Of a DNA stretch of 21,702 nucleotides, positions 1 through 9,544 are shown piece after piece. The translations under genes and the position numbers were made by a program. The notes below the pieces were generated by a model. The model did no database searches. It was given only the letters and a program-made list of their open reading frames with translations, and was not told where the DNA came from. How positions within the stretch are numbered: the stretch's first letter is position 1; every line of letters starts with the position of its first letter. The stretch comes from a bacterium (GTDB lineage Bacteria > Cyanobacteriota > Vampirovibrionia > Gastranaerophilales > JBAXKC01): NCBI GenBank assembly GCA_037137535.1, contig JBAXKC010000042.1, positions 1 through 21,702 of the forward strand, written 5' to 3'.

Positions 1-48
1 AAGTTAAAGAGGAATAGACAAAGCAAAGAGGAAAAAGCACAAAATTAG
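1..48 (+). CDS. 3' end of an upstream gene entering the window (KLKRNRQSKEEKAQN*)
   Basis: Frame 1 is open from base 1 to TAG at 46-48, encodes a charged tail, and is followed by a terminator-like hairpin. Too short to identify. Confidence 0.45.
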   Translation, partial: KLKRNRQSKEEKAQN

Positions 49-122
49 GCGCTACCGACTGGGAATGGGGATAATAATTTAGAATAAAACTAATTAATTT
101 ACATGTTTATAGAAAAAGAGTT

Positions 123-145
123 TGTCGGCATTTGCCGACATTTTT
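123..145 (+). terminator. Rho-independent terminator
   Basis: Stem TGTCGGC / GCCGACA with a 4-nt loop (ATTT), followed by TTTTT. Confidence 0.7.
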
Positions 146-373
146 GTTGCTTGAATTTATAAAAAATAAATTACTCTGAAATTCCTATTAATAGCTAAAA
201 TGCGCCATATTACTACTAAAAGATGGTAGGTTTAATTTTTGGGTTTTATATTAATTTTTGTAAATTAAACACGCAAAACAGCGTAATATAGGCAATATTT
301 TTAAAATGATTAACTTTATAATATTAGGATGAAGTGTCCTATAAACAATTTCTTTGTGTGGAAGGGCTAATTA

Positions 374-1720
374 ATGATAAGCAGGATGGGGAATAGTCAA
401 AACAGAATAAATTATGGCTATTTAAACAGAACTGACTCTAACAGAAAATTAGAATCAAATAAAGTTAATCTATCTAATAATGAGAAAACAAATTCTCATC
501 AGAATGCAGCTAAACAGGTTTCATTTGGCGGTGCAGGCATGCCTGTTGTCGATGGACTCATTGCTTTTATTGAGTGGATGGAAAATGGCGGAAAAGCTGT
601 AGAATTTACAGTTATTGATTGCATGTCAATGATTATGCCGAGAACCTTCCAAGCGTATAACAGAAACAGCAAAGAATTGGGGCATCCTAACTACAAGGCT
701 GGAACAGAAGAAGCAATAAGAGAATTTCTTACAGGTCCTAGTATGTTTTTAATTCCTGTTATGTTTATGAGTACAGCTCAAAAATTATTTGGAGCTGCTA
801 CTAAAATCGGATTTACCAATCAGGATAAATTTAAAGAAACAATTAGTGATGTAGCAAAAGATGGATTTAATAAGGAAACAAAAAGTAACTTCTATAAAAA
901 ATTACTTAGCGAAGCATTAGGCAATGGAACACAAGTACAATCTGAAGGCACATTAGAAACACTTGCAGCTAATGTTGTAGAAATTGAAAGTCATAATAAT
1001 AGTATTGCAGAGAAGTCCAAAAATCCTATTAAAAACGTGATTGTTTCAATTGAAAGTAATATTTCTAAAGTTGTTAATTTCCTTGAGGAAAAATCTCCTA
1101 AGTTCCTTAAAAAGCCTTTAACTCAAATCAAAGATTATATTAACGGTGCTTTTAAGGCTAATTTAGACATAGCTAAAGATTTAGATACTCATAAAGCTAA
1201 AATTAAAGAATTTAAAAAAGAAATAAGTGATAAAATTATTTCAATGAATAGAGGAGGCGATGACGATAAAATTATAACAAAAATTGCTAACTTTATTAAT
1301 CCTGATCATGTTAAATTGAATAAAGCAAAAACCGTTGAAACCTTTGAAACATCAGTCGGGTCTTTAGTTGATGATATGCTTACTTATGCTGGTGATGTAA
1401 TAAATAAAGGCTTAAAATCTAAAGAAGAAGCTTCTAAGTTCATTGAAAAAGCCGCAAATCAAAGAGCAGGGGGCAGAGTGTTAACAATTGCTACAGCAAT
1501 CGCTTCTACAGCAGCCTTCTTGTATTGCATACCAATGTTATACAAAAGAAATAAGCAATATCCGGGTATTGACGGACTTGTTAAAAATTCAGCAGCCCCA
1601 CAACCACAGGTTAAAACACCGATAACTCAACCTGTATATGTTAATAATACTGTTCAACAACCAACTCAAGACTCCAATAATCCACTGCTAAAAGCATATC
1701 AGCATGGAGGGATAAAATAA
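374..1720 (+). CDS. Hypothetical membrane-associated protein, 448 aa, with a polar N-terminal leader ending in VSFGG
   Basis: Long ORF with GAAGGG upstream. N/S/Q-rich first ~48 aa, hydrophobic segments around aa 75-135 and near the C-terminus (LTIATAIASTAAFLYCIPML), Lys/Glu-rich middle and P/Q-rich tail. No family recognised. Confidence 0.85.
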   Translation: MISRMGNSQNRINYGYLNRTDSNRKLESNKVNLSNNEKTNSHQNAAKQVSFGGAGMPVVDGLIAFIEWMENGGKAVEFTVIDCMSMIMPRTFQAYNRNSKELGHPNYKAGTEEAIREFLTGPSMFLIPVMFMSTAQKLFGAATKIGFTNQDKFKETISDVAKDGFNKETKSNFYKKLLSEALGNGTQVQSEGTLETLAANVVEIESHNNSIAEKSKNPIKNVIVSIESNISKVVNFLEEKSPKFLKKPLTQIKDYINGAFKANLDIAKDLDTHKAKIKEFKKEISDKIISMNRGGDDDKIITKIANFINPDHVKLNKAKTVETFETSVGSLVDDMLTYAGDVINKGLKSKEEASKFIEKAANQRAGGRVLTIATAIASTAAFLYCIPMLYKRNKQYPGIDGLVKNSAAPQPQVKTPITQPVYVNNTVQQPTQDSNNPLLKAYQHGGIK

Positions 1721-2862
1721 TGTTAATACAAAATAATTACTCACATGTAAATATGCAGTTAAAAAAACAAAATAAACAAAATGTTTCAAATACTCAATTT
1801 TCGCAAACAAGTAATTTATCCTTTAAAGGAACTGCTGCTCCTGCCGTTCAAGTTAACACTTCAACTGATAATATTTTTCAAAGAATGGCAGAAAGCTTTG
1901 GCAAATTAAGAAACTCAGATGGAAAGGGTTTCATTTCAAAAATTGGCAAAGGTTTTGCTAAAGGTGTTGAAAAGTTTGGCGAATTTAAAGGCAATAATAT
2001 GTCTTTACCCGCACTTCTTGGTCTATGTTTCGGTATTGTATTAGGTGCAAGGTTAATACAGGCAAGAGATAAAAACGAAAGACGTGAAGTTGTAACAAGA
2101 GATTTTGCTGCGGTAACTACAATTATTTTCGCATTACCTTTATTTAAAAAAGCTACTTCTTTCGCAACAAGAGTTCTGACAGGTCTTCCAATTTCATTTA
2201 CCTTAAATAAAGAAAAAGCCAACTTCTTGAGTAATTTATGGCCAAATACCGGAATCCAGCCGGCTTCTTTTGAACAGCTTGAACACTGGTATAATGGAAC
2301 AAAAAATGTTAATCAATTCTCTAAATTAATGGTTGAACTTGGTGGAAATTTAAGAAAAATCTTTGAATTAGTAGATGGAGATGCAAAAAATGCATTGAAT
2401 ACAATTGCAGAACATTGTTCAGAAGTTGGAGCTAATAAGTCTCAACCGTCAGGTATTGGTTTCTCAATATTCAAGTTTGTTACAGCTCCATTTAATAAAG
2501 GAAAAGGTGTTGACTTAAAAATACCTCAATCAACAGAAGCTATTAATAAAATGTTGGAAGAAGCCGCTAAATCAGACAAAAAAGAAATAAAAGACGCATT
2601 AAATAAGTTAAGTCTCTACTTTAATAATACTAAGACAATGTTGAAAGAAGAAAGTAATATTTTAAAACTGGCAAACTTCTTAAAAAGTGTTCCTGATGCT
2701 GTAAGTTTAGGTGTTATTGCAGGATTCCTCGGATGGTTCTTACCTTGGTTTAATATTCAATATACTAAAAAGATGGTACAAGCAGAGCAAAATAATAATA
2801 ATAATACTCTTGCTAGTAATCCATTAAATGCTAATCAACATCCTTCACTAAAAAAAGCATAA
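1720..2862 (+). CDS. Hypothetical membrane-associated protein, 380 aa, with a polar N-terminal leader ending in LSFKG; probable distant paralog of the upstream gene
   Basis: TAATG stop/start overlap with the upstream ORF and GGAGG at 1706-1710. Hydrophobic segments LPALLGLCFGIVLGA, FAAVTTIIFALPLF and C-terminal AVSLGVIAGFLGWFLPWF. Confidence 0.85.
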   Translation: MLIQNNYSHVNMQLKKQNKQNVSNTQFSQTSNLSFKGTAAPAVQVNTSTDNIFQRMAESFGKLRNSDGKGFISKIGKGFAKGVEKFGEFKGNNMSLPALLGLCFGIVLGARLIQARDKNERREVVTRDFAAVTTIIFALPLFKKATSFATRVLTGLPISFTLNKEKANFLSNLWPNTGIQPASFEQLEHWYNGTKNVNQFSKLMVELGGNLRKIFELVDGDAKNALNTIAEHCSEVGANKSQPSGIGFSIFKFVTAPFNKGKGVDLKIPQSTEAINKMLEEAAKSDKKEIKDALNKLSLYFNNTKTMLKEESNILKLANFLKSVPDAVSLGVIAGFLGWFLPWFNIQYTKKMVQAEQNNNNNTLASNPLNANQHPSLKKA

Positions 2863-2884
2863 GCTATTATATTTATAAATAATT

Positions 2885-2932
2885 TTAACCCTATTAACAC
2901 AGAATTAAAAACTCTGAAAGTAATAGGGTTAA
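2885..2932 (+). terminator. Long stem-loop after the two-gene operon, probable terminator
   Basis: Perfect 12-bp inverted repeat TTAACCCTATTA (2885-2896) / TAATAGGGTTAA (2921-2932), with inner CAGA/TCTG pairing and a short T run after it. Confidence 0.6.
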
Positions 2933-3043
2933 TTTATGAATATAGCTACTATGTATCTTAAAAAATAAGATAGAGATAAATTAAAAATTTCTTTTACTTT
3001 CTTTTTGTAGAAATATTGCTATAATTGATAAGCAAATTCTATC

Positions 3044-3084
3044 TTGATAAAAATCAATTCGGTAAATCTAATAATGTTTATTAT
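3044..3084 (+). promoter_or_regulatory. FNR-type box (TTGAT-N4-ATCAA) with a candidate -10 element
   Basis: TTGAT-AAAA-ATCAA at 3044-3057 matches the FNR consensus exactly. TATTAT at 3079-3084 would place the box centre about 40-41 bp upstream of the expected start site. Confidence 0.6.
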
Positions 3085-3105
3085 GTATTAAAGAGAAAGG
3101 TGTTT

Positions 3106-5139
3106 ATGAAGTTTATAAATAATTATAAAGTTGCAAAAAAAATTGTTGAACTTAATATTATAATGATTTCACTGCTGTTAATAGGTGGAACAATTAGTCT
3201 TTTATTTAATATTAAAATCAGTAATGATATGGAAAATTTTTATAATAAAAATTTAAGATCAGTAATGAGATTAAATATGACAAGATCTAATTCAAATGCT
3301 ATAAAAGCCGATTTGTTTGAGTTAACTGTACAAACAGATAAAGATGGAATTAAAGCTGCAATAAAAGATATAAATAAACGCAGAAAAGATATAGATAAAT
3401 TTATCGGTGAATACGAAAATAATAAATTAGATACTTATGAAAAAGAACAATTTCAACTTTATAAACAATCTCTTACTGACTATGATAATACTAGAAAAAA
3501 AATTATGGAACTTGCTGTTATAAGTAAAAGCGATGCGTTAAATTATCTATTATTGCACTTATCAGACTTAAATGATTCACAAAAATATCTGAGATCATTA
3601 GGTCAATATAGTGAAGCAGAGGCAGTTAAAACAAATAAACAGAATACAAATGATTCTAATGTTGCAAAAATTATTATTGCTCTAATTATTATAATTGCAA
3701 CAGTATTATCTGTTTTAATAGGATTATTTACATTTGGTTTAATAGTAAATCCGCTTGTCGAAATAAATGATAAAATGCAAAAAGTAGCAAATGGAAATAT
3801 TGCTAATGATGTTGAAGAAGGGCAATCTAAAATTGAAATTTTAAACCTGATTCAAAAATCATTTTACGCTTCACATAATATTATGATTGCATTTTTAGAC
3901 AAACTTTTCTCTATCTTGGAGCATGGTTTAGTCGTTAGAGATAAAACAAAACTTTCAATAGATGAATGTAAAGTGATAAAAAGATCAATTGATATTTCAT
4001 GTGATGAACAACAAAATATTTTAAGTTCAGTACAAGAAATTGCAGCTTCGATTAATGAGTCAGCTCAAGTAATAAGCGAAGACTCAAAAAAATGTATTAC
4101 ACTTACTGAATTTAGTGGCAATGTTACAAATTATGTAAAAGAGGGGCAAGGCAAAGCTGATAATATGTCGGTGAGTTTCAATCATCTTCAAAAATCCTTT
4201 CTAAATCTTGAAAACCAAATGATTGAATTGCAAAAAGACTCGGAATCCATAGGTAGTATTATAGAAATTATCAAAGGAATCGCCAATCAGACTAATTTAT
4301 TAGCATTAAATGCAGCTATAGAAGCGGCTAGAGCCGGTGAACAAGGTAAAGGTTTCGCAGTTGTTGCTGATGAAGTTAAACAATTAGCTGAAAAAACAAG
4401 TGAAATGACAGGTCAGGTTGAAGAGAAAGTTAAAGAAATACAACATATTTCTGCCTCAAATATTAAAGCCTCATCAGAAACTCTAATTTATCTTAAAGAA
4501 AACGAAACAAATTTTTGTGCTTTAAATGATAATCTAGGCTTAATCAGCAAACAAGTTATAAATATAGAAAAAATAATAACAGAAGTTAGTCATAGTTATC
4601 AGCGTTCTGCGGAAAGGGCTGATCAAATGAATTGTGCCGTTCAAAATACAGCTACTTCTGTTGAGAAAGTTACGCATCAATTTTCTGATATTGAAAATCA
4701 AGTGAATAATTTTATGCAATTACAGCAGGAGCTTCAAACTTTATCTATTCCACTTACAGATTTAGCAACAAATTTTAAGCCAATAGAAAAATGTTATTTC
4801 TTGGATTTAAGATTAGTTGATCATCATAATTGGGTTAAAACTCTTAGAAATATAATTGATTCTAAAAATCCAAATATAAGTTTACAATTAAATCATACTT
4901 TATGTAAATTTGGTAAGTGGTATTTTAACTATGTACCATCTAAAAACGAAAAAGTAATATTTGATAGAATTGATAAACCTCATCAATTAATTCATGCAAC
5001 AGGTAAAAAAATCATTGATGAAGTAAAGAAAGGTAATTTCACAGCAGCAGAAAATATTTTCCAAAATGAAACTTTGACCTATATGCACGAAATAGAAGGT
5101 TTATTTAAAGAATTAAAACAAATATTTATTCAGCAATAA
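3106..5139 (+). CDS. Methyl-accepting chemotaxis protein (TM, four-helix-bundle sensor, TM, HAMP-like, MCP signalling domain, C-terminal CZB)
   Basis: Signalling hairpin [38 protein letters not shown]; two TM helices; CZB motifs [15 protein letters not shown] and PHQLIH. Start moved from TTG 3025 to ATG 3106 because AAAGGTG lies at 3096-3102. Confidence 0.93.
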   Translation: MKFINNYKVAKKIVELNIIMISLLLIGGTISLLFNIKISNDMENFYNKNLRSVMRLNMTRSNSNAIKADLFELTVQTDKDGIKAAIKDINKRRKDIDKFIGEYENNKLDTYEKEQFQLYKQSLTDYDNTRKKIMELAVISKSDALNYLLLHLSDLNDSQKYLRSLGQYSEAEAVKTNKQNTNDSNVAKIIIALIIIIATVLSVLIGLFTFGLIVNPLVEINDKMQKVANGNIANDVEEGQSKIEILNLIQKSFYASHNIMIAFLDKLFSILEHGLVVRDKTKLSIDECKVIKRSIDISCDEQQNILSSVQEIAASINESAQVISEDSKKCITLTEFSGNVTNYVKEGQGKADNMSVSFNHLQKSFLNLENQMIELQKDSESIGSIIEIIKGIANQTNLLALNAAIEAARAGEQGKGFAVVADEVKQLAEKTSEMTGQVEEKVKEIQHISASNIKASSETLIYLKENETNFCALNDNLGLISKQVINIEKIITEVSHSYQRSAERADQMNCAVQNTATSVEKVTHQFSDIENQVNNFMQLQQELQTLSIPLTDLATNFKPIEKCYFLDLRLVDHHNWVKTLRNIIDSKNPNISLQLNHTLCKFGKWYFNYVPSKNEKVIFDRIDKPHQLIHATGKKIIDEVKKGNFTAAENIFQNETLTYMHEIEGLFKELKQIFIQQ

Positions 5140-5156
5140 TCATTTTTTATATAAAT

Positions 5157-5190
5157 TATAGGAGAGTCTAAATAAATGGACTCTCCTATA
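5157..5190. terminator. Probable bidirectional terminator between the convergent MCP gene and nifS
   Basis: TATAGGAGAGTCTA / TGGACTCTCCTATA inverted repeat (one G-U pair) with AT-rich flanks. Confidence 0.75.
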
Positions 5191-5217
5191 TTATTTTATC
5201 GATTTTTTATAAAGAAA

Positions 5218-6432
5218 CTAGCTTTTTAATGTTTTAGATTCTTTAAGCTCTTTTAATTGTTTTTGGAATGGTGATATTTCATTAAGTTTTGCAATAACTT
5301 TAGGAACATTTTCAATGACATAATCAACTTCAGCTTCAGTTGTATATCTGCTTAAACTAAATCTTATACTGCCATGAATAGAGGTAAACGGTATGCCCAT
5401 CGCTCTTAATACATGACTTGGCTCAAGACTACCGCTTGTACAGGCTGAACCTGAACTGGCACATATACCTAGGTCACTTAGATGTAATAAAATCAGCTCA
5501 CCTTCAATGAATTCAAAACTGATATTGGTAGTATTAGGCACTCTGTTAATTTTTGAGCCATTAACTCTTGCATTAAATACTCGCTCTAATATTCCTTTTT
5601 CAAGTTTATCTCTTAAAGCTCTTATTCTTGTATTTTCATCATCAAGATAACTAATAGCTATTTCTGATGCTTTGCCAAGAGCTATGATACTTCCAACGTT
5701 TTCAGTACCGCCTCTTTTGCCTCTTTCCTGATGTCCGCCAATCATAAATGGAGGGAGCAATGTTCCTTTTTTAATATATAAAACACCAATACCTTTTGGC
5801 GCGTGAACTTTATGACCTGAAATGCTCAATAGGTCTATTTTAGTTTCTTTTACATTGATAGGAAGTTTTCCTGCCATTTGAACGGCATCAACAAAGAACT
5901 TTGTTGATGGACTTTTTTCTTTAATTATTTCAGCAATTTTTTCTACAGGGAAAATAACACCTGTTTCATTATTCGCCCACATTATAGAAACTAAAGCCGT
6001 TTCTTCTGTTATAGCTTCTTTTAGTTCTTCAAGATCAAGTTCACCTTCATTATTTACATTTAAGAAAGTAGTCTTATATCCTTTTTTCTCAAGCCATTTG
6101 TATATATTGGTTACGCAGGCATGCTCAACTTTAGTTGTTATTAGATGTTTTTTAGTCGGATTTGCTTCTAAAACCCCTCTAATTGCCATATTTGAGCTTT
6201 CAGTTCCACAACTTGTAAAGACAACTTCTTCGTGTGAAGCTGCTCCTAATAATTCAGCAACTTGATTTCTTGCTTTATAAATGAATTGACCGACTTTTCC
6301 GCCAAATTCGTGCATGCTGGAAGGATTCCCATAATTTTCTGTCAAAAACGGAATCATTTCTTCAACAGCTTCATCGCAAACTCTTGTTGTAGCATTATTA
6401 TCAAAATAAATTGGTCTTGTGATGTCATTCAT
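5218..6432 (-). CDS. nifS: Cysteine desulfurase NifS (group I, PLP-dependent)
   Basis: YFDNNATT, ANNETG, PLP-lysine motif SGHKVHAPKG, catalytic Cys motif SSGSACTSGSLEPSHVL; adjacent to nifU. Confidence 0.95.
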   Translation of the reverse strand: MNDITRPIYFDNNATTRVCDEAVEEMIPFLTENYGNPSSMHEFGGKVGQFIYKARNQVAELLGAASHEEVVFTSCGTESSNMAIRGVLEANPTKKHLITTKVEHACVTNIYKWLEKKGYKTTFLNVNNEGELDLEELKEAITEETALVSIMWANNETGVIFPVEKIAEIIKEKSPSTKFFVDAVQMAGKLPINVKETKIDLLSISGHKVHAPKGIGVLYIKKGTLLPPFMIGGHQERGKRGGTENVGSIIALGKASEIAISYLDDENTRIRALRDKLEKGILERVFNARVNGSKINRVPNTTNISFEFIEGELILLHLSDLGICASSGSACTSGSLEPSHVLRAMGIPFTSIHGSIRFSLSRYTTEAEVDYVIENVPKVIAKLNEISPFQKQLKELKESKTLKS

Positions 6433-6448
6433 TATATTTACCTACTAC

Positions 6449-7273
6449 TTACGCTTCTATAACTTCGATTTCAGGTCCTAAATGTTCTTTTAATGTCATT
6501 TCAACAAAGTTTTTAAGAGTTGAACTGCTACTTGGACAATGGCTGCAAGCTCCACGAAGTTTTACAAATATTTTATTATCTTCAACATCAACTAGTTCAA
6601 TATCACCGCCATCTTTTTGTAATTCAGGGGCAATATAATTCTCGATAATTTTATTTATTTGAACAATTAATTGAGTTTTAGTTAATTTAGGTTTTTTATC
6701 GGCAAGTTCTCTTTTGGTTATTTCATCGCCTAAAATTTCATGAATATCTGAAATGCACATTCCGCATCCGCCGCCTGCTTTACAGAAGTTTGTTATGTCT
6801 TCAAGAGAAGTAAGTTTATTTTCTTTTATTATTTCTCTTACTTTTTTCTCTGTTATGCTGAAGCATTTGCAAACAATTCTATCTTGATCAGTTTTTGCGA
6901 TTGGTGTTCCAAAATAATTTGATAATGCTGCTTCAAGTGCTTCATGTCCTAGTACGCTGCAATGCATTTTTTGATCAGGAAGACCGCCTAAAGCATCGGC
7001 TATATCCATATTTGTAATTTTTGCCGCATCTGCAATCGGCTTACCTATAATCATTTCGGTTAACATTCCTGCGCTTGCTACAGCAGAACCGCAACCAAAA
7101 GTTTGAAATTTTGCATCTTCAATTATACCGTCTTCACTTACTTTTAAATAAAGTTTCAACGCATCGCCACAAGCTAAACTCCCAACTTCACCAACAGCAT
7201 TGGCATCTTCAATTTCGCCAACATTTTTTGGATTTCTATATAAATCTTTGACCTTGTCAGTATATTCCCACAT
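6449..7273 (-). CDS. nifU: Three-domain Fe-S cluster scaffold NifU
   Basis: IscU-like domain (ACGD, FGCGSA, KMHCS), central BFD-like [2Fe-2S] domain (VCKCF...AGGGCGMC) and C-terminal Nfu domain (DGGDIELV...GACSHC). Confidence 0.95.
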   Translation of the reverse strand: MWEYTDKVKDLYRNPKNVGEIEDANAVGEVGSLACGDALKLYLKVSEDGIIEDAKFQTFGCGSAVASAGMLTEMIIGKPIADAAKITNMDIADALGGLPDQKMHCSVLGHEALEAALSNYFGTPIAKTDQDRIVCKCFSITEKKVREIIKENKLTSLEDITNFCKAGGGCGMCISDIHEILGDEITKRELADKKPKLTKTQLIVQINKIIENYIAPELQKDGGDIELVDVEDNKIFVKLRGACSHCPSSSSTLKNFVEMTLKEHLGPEIEVIEA

Positions 7274-7296
7274 ATTTATTTTCCTTTATAAAATAT

Positions 7297-7354
7297 TTAA
7301 ACTATACTATTTTTGTATACTTTAATTTTACTCTAAAATCTGAAAACATGTAAA
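7297..7354 (-). promoter_or_regulatory. Candidate sigma70 promoter of nifU-nifS with an overlapping Rrf2/IscR-like operator
   Basis: Minus strand TTTACA (7349-7354) - 18 bp - TAAAAT (7325-7330). Inverted repeat TTAAACTATAC-N7-GTATACTTTAA at 7297-7325 (one mismatch) covers the expected start site. Confidence 0.55.
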
Positions 7355-7544
7355 GCCCTAAATTTTATTCGTTTATATTTCTTGATATTAGCTGTAAAAC
7401 TTCTCACTAAATTATAGCAAGAGCATAAAGCACTTTAAAGTACACTAATCAACTATTAATTGCACTTGATTTTAGCTTTATTTAAAAGCTATACTTTTAT
7501 AAATAGTAAGCAATAAATTTAATTTAAAATAGATAAGTAAATTA

Positions 7545-9539
7545 ATGAAAAAAGAATTTAAAATACATTCTTCATATACTCCAGCAGGCGATCAGCCTAA
7601 AGCTATTGATGAGCTTGTAAGCGGACTTAATGCTAAGTTCACAAATCAGACATTACTCGGAGTTACAGGATCGGGTAAAACTTTTACCATTGCAAATGTT
7701 ATAGAAAAAGTACAACGACCTACACTTGTAATTGCTCATAACAAAACTCTTGCCGCTCAGTTATATAATGAGTTAAAAGAATTTTTTCCGGACAATTCAG
7801 TTGAATATTTTATAAGCTATTATGACTTTTATCAGCCGGAGGCTTATATTCCAAGAACTGATACTTTTATAGAAAAAACAGCAAGCATTAATGACGAAAT
7901 TGACAGATTAAGACATAGTACAACTCGAAGTTTATTTACAAGAAACGATGTGATTGTTGTAGCAAGTGTAAGTTGTATTTACGGCTTAGGAAGTCCAGAA
8001 AGTTATTTTAAAGGTTCTTTTAAAATTGAACTTGGCGATGTTATTGACAGGGATGATCTTTTAAGAGAATTGGTTAATATTCACTATGAAAGAAACGATA
8101 TAGAGCTAAAACGTGGATGTTTCAGAGCAAGAGGAGATGTTATTGAGCTTTACCCAGCTTATGAAACTATCGTAACTAAAATACATATGTTTGGCGACGA
8201 AATTGAAAAAATTTCAACAGTTAATCCTGTTACGGGTGAAATTATTGAGCTTCTTGAAGAAACAGTAATTTTTCCTGCTGTTCACTATTTGTCAGATACG
8301 GATGAAATAAAAGAAACCTGTGAATTAATAAAAGAGGAAATGATCGAAAGGGTAGATGAGTTACAAAGTCAGGATAGGCTTATAGAAGCTCAAAGAATAA
8401 AACAGCGGACTTTGCATGACCTTGAAATGATTAAAGAAGTCGGATATTGTAACGGAATTGAAAATTACTCAAGAATTATCGAAAGAAGAGCTCCAGGTAC
8501 TCCTGCCGAAACGCTTTTAAGCTATTTCAAAGAGGATTTTTTACTTGTTATTGATGAATCTCACGTTACATTACCTCAAATTAGAGCGATGTATAACGGA
8601 GATAGAGCAAGAAAAGACACTTTAATTGATTATGGTTTCAGATTACCTTGTGCTAGAGATAACAGACCGTTAAAATTTGATGAGTTTTGGGAAAAGACAG
8701 GTCAAAGAATTTTTGTTTCTGCTACTCCTGCTGACTTTGAACGTGAAAATTCTGAGCAGATAGTTGAACAAATAATCAGACCCACAGGGCTAATAGATCC
8801 TGAAATTGAAATAAGACCAACTGAAAATCAAGTTGATGATTTAATTGGCGAAATTAAAAAAAGAGCTGATAAAAAAGAACGTGTCTTAATCACTACTTTA
8901 ACTAAAAAAATGGCTGAAGATTTAACAGATTATTTTTTACAGCTTAGTATAAAAGTTCGTTATCTTCATAGTGATGTAAAATCTCTTGATAGAGTTGAAA
9001 TTCTTAGAGATTTAAGGTTAGGTGAATTTGACGTGCTTATTGGTGTAAATCTTTTAAGAGAAGGTTTGGATATACCTGAAGTTACTCTGGTTGCCATTAT
9101 GGATGCCGATAAAGAAGGCTTTTTGCGTTCAGAAACCAGCTTAATTCAGACAATAGGCAGAGCCGCCAGAAATTCACTAGGCAAAGTTATTATGTATGCT
9201 GATAAAATAACAGGAAGTATACAGCGAGCAACAGGGGAAACTGATAGAAGAAGGCTTATTCAGCTTGAGCATAATAAAATCAACAATATAACGCCAAAAA
9301 CTATAAAGAAAAGTATTTCTAATAACCTTTTAGAATTGGTTAATTCTTATAGAAGTATTGAGGACGTTATAGCCGAGCAAATGGCAGAAAATAAAGTTTC
9401 TTTGAAAGACTTGCCTAAACTTATTGATAAAATTGAAAAAGATATGCACTCTGCAGCTAAACTTCTTGATTTTGAAAAAGCAGCAGAATTGCGTGATAAA
9501 TTAAAAACATTGAGAGAAATGCAGAAGGCTAAAAAATAA
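7545..9539 (+). CDS. uvrB: Excinuclease ABC subunit B
   Basis: PAGDQP, Walker [20 protein letters not shown], beta-hairpin [22 protein letters not shown]-like motif [19 protein letters not shown], and C-terminal UVR domain [11 protein letters not shown]. Confidence 0.98.
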   Translation: MKKEFKIHSSYTPAGDQPKAIDELVSGLNAKFTNQTLLGVTGSGKTFTIANVIEKVQRPTLVIAHNKTLAAQLYNELKEFFPDNSVEYFISYYDFYQPEAYIPRTDTFIEKTASINDEIDRLRHSTTRSLFTRNDVIVVASVSCIYGLGSPESYFKGSFKIELGDVIDRDDLLRELVNIHYERNDIELKRGCFRARGDVIELYPAYETIVTKIHMFGDEIEKISTVNPVTGEIIELLEETVIFPAVHYLSDTDEIKETCELIKEEMIERVDELQSQDRLIEAQRIKQRTLHDLEMIKEVGYCNGIENYSRIIERRAPGTPAETLLSYFKEDFLLVIDESHVTLPQIRAMYNGDRARKDTLIDYGFRLPCARDNRPLKFDEFWEKTGQRIFVSATPADFERENSEQIVEQIIRPTGLIDPEIEIRPTENQVDDLIGEIKKRADKKERVLITTLTKKMAEDLTDYFLQLSIKVRYLHSDVKSLDRVEILRDLRLGEFDVLIGVNLLREGLDIPEVTLVAIMDADKEGFLRSETSLIQTIGRAARNSLGKVIMYADKITGSIQRATGETDRRRLIQLEHNKINNITPKTIKKSISNNLLELVNSYRSIEDVIAEQMAENKVSLKDLPKLIDKIEKDMHSAAKLLDFEKAAELRDKLKTLREMQKAKK

Positions 9540-9544
9540 AGATA

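Noticed and set aside
1878-2222. 114-aa minus-strand ORF
   Set aside because: Fully antisense to the 380-aa gene; no recognisable motif.
2791-2805. (AAT)5 microsatellite
   Set aside because: In-frame poly-Asn in a low-complexity tail; slippage would not shift the frame, and such runs are expected in AT-rich DNA.
3025-3105. N-terminal extension of the MCP from TTG 3025
   Set aside because: No RBS, and it overlaps the FNR box and -10; ATG 3106 has an RBS and gives a normal short N-terminus before TM1.
6262-6462. 66-aa plus-strand ORF
   Set aside because: Antisense shadow of nifS/nifU.
5218-7273. nifU/nifS as evidence of nitrogen fixation
   Set aside because: No nitrogenase or cofactor genes in the window; these genes also occur in non-diazotrophs.
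7380-7544. LexA/SOS box upstream of uvrB
   Set aside because: Only a half-site-like AGTAC is present; no full match to GAAC-N4-GTTC, CTGT-N8-ACAG or the cyanobacterial box.
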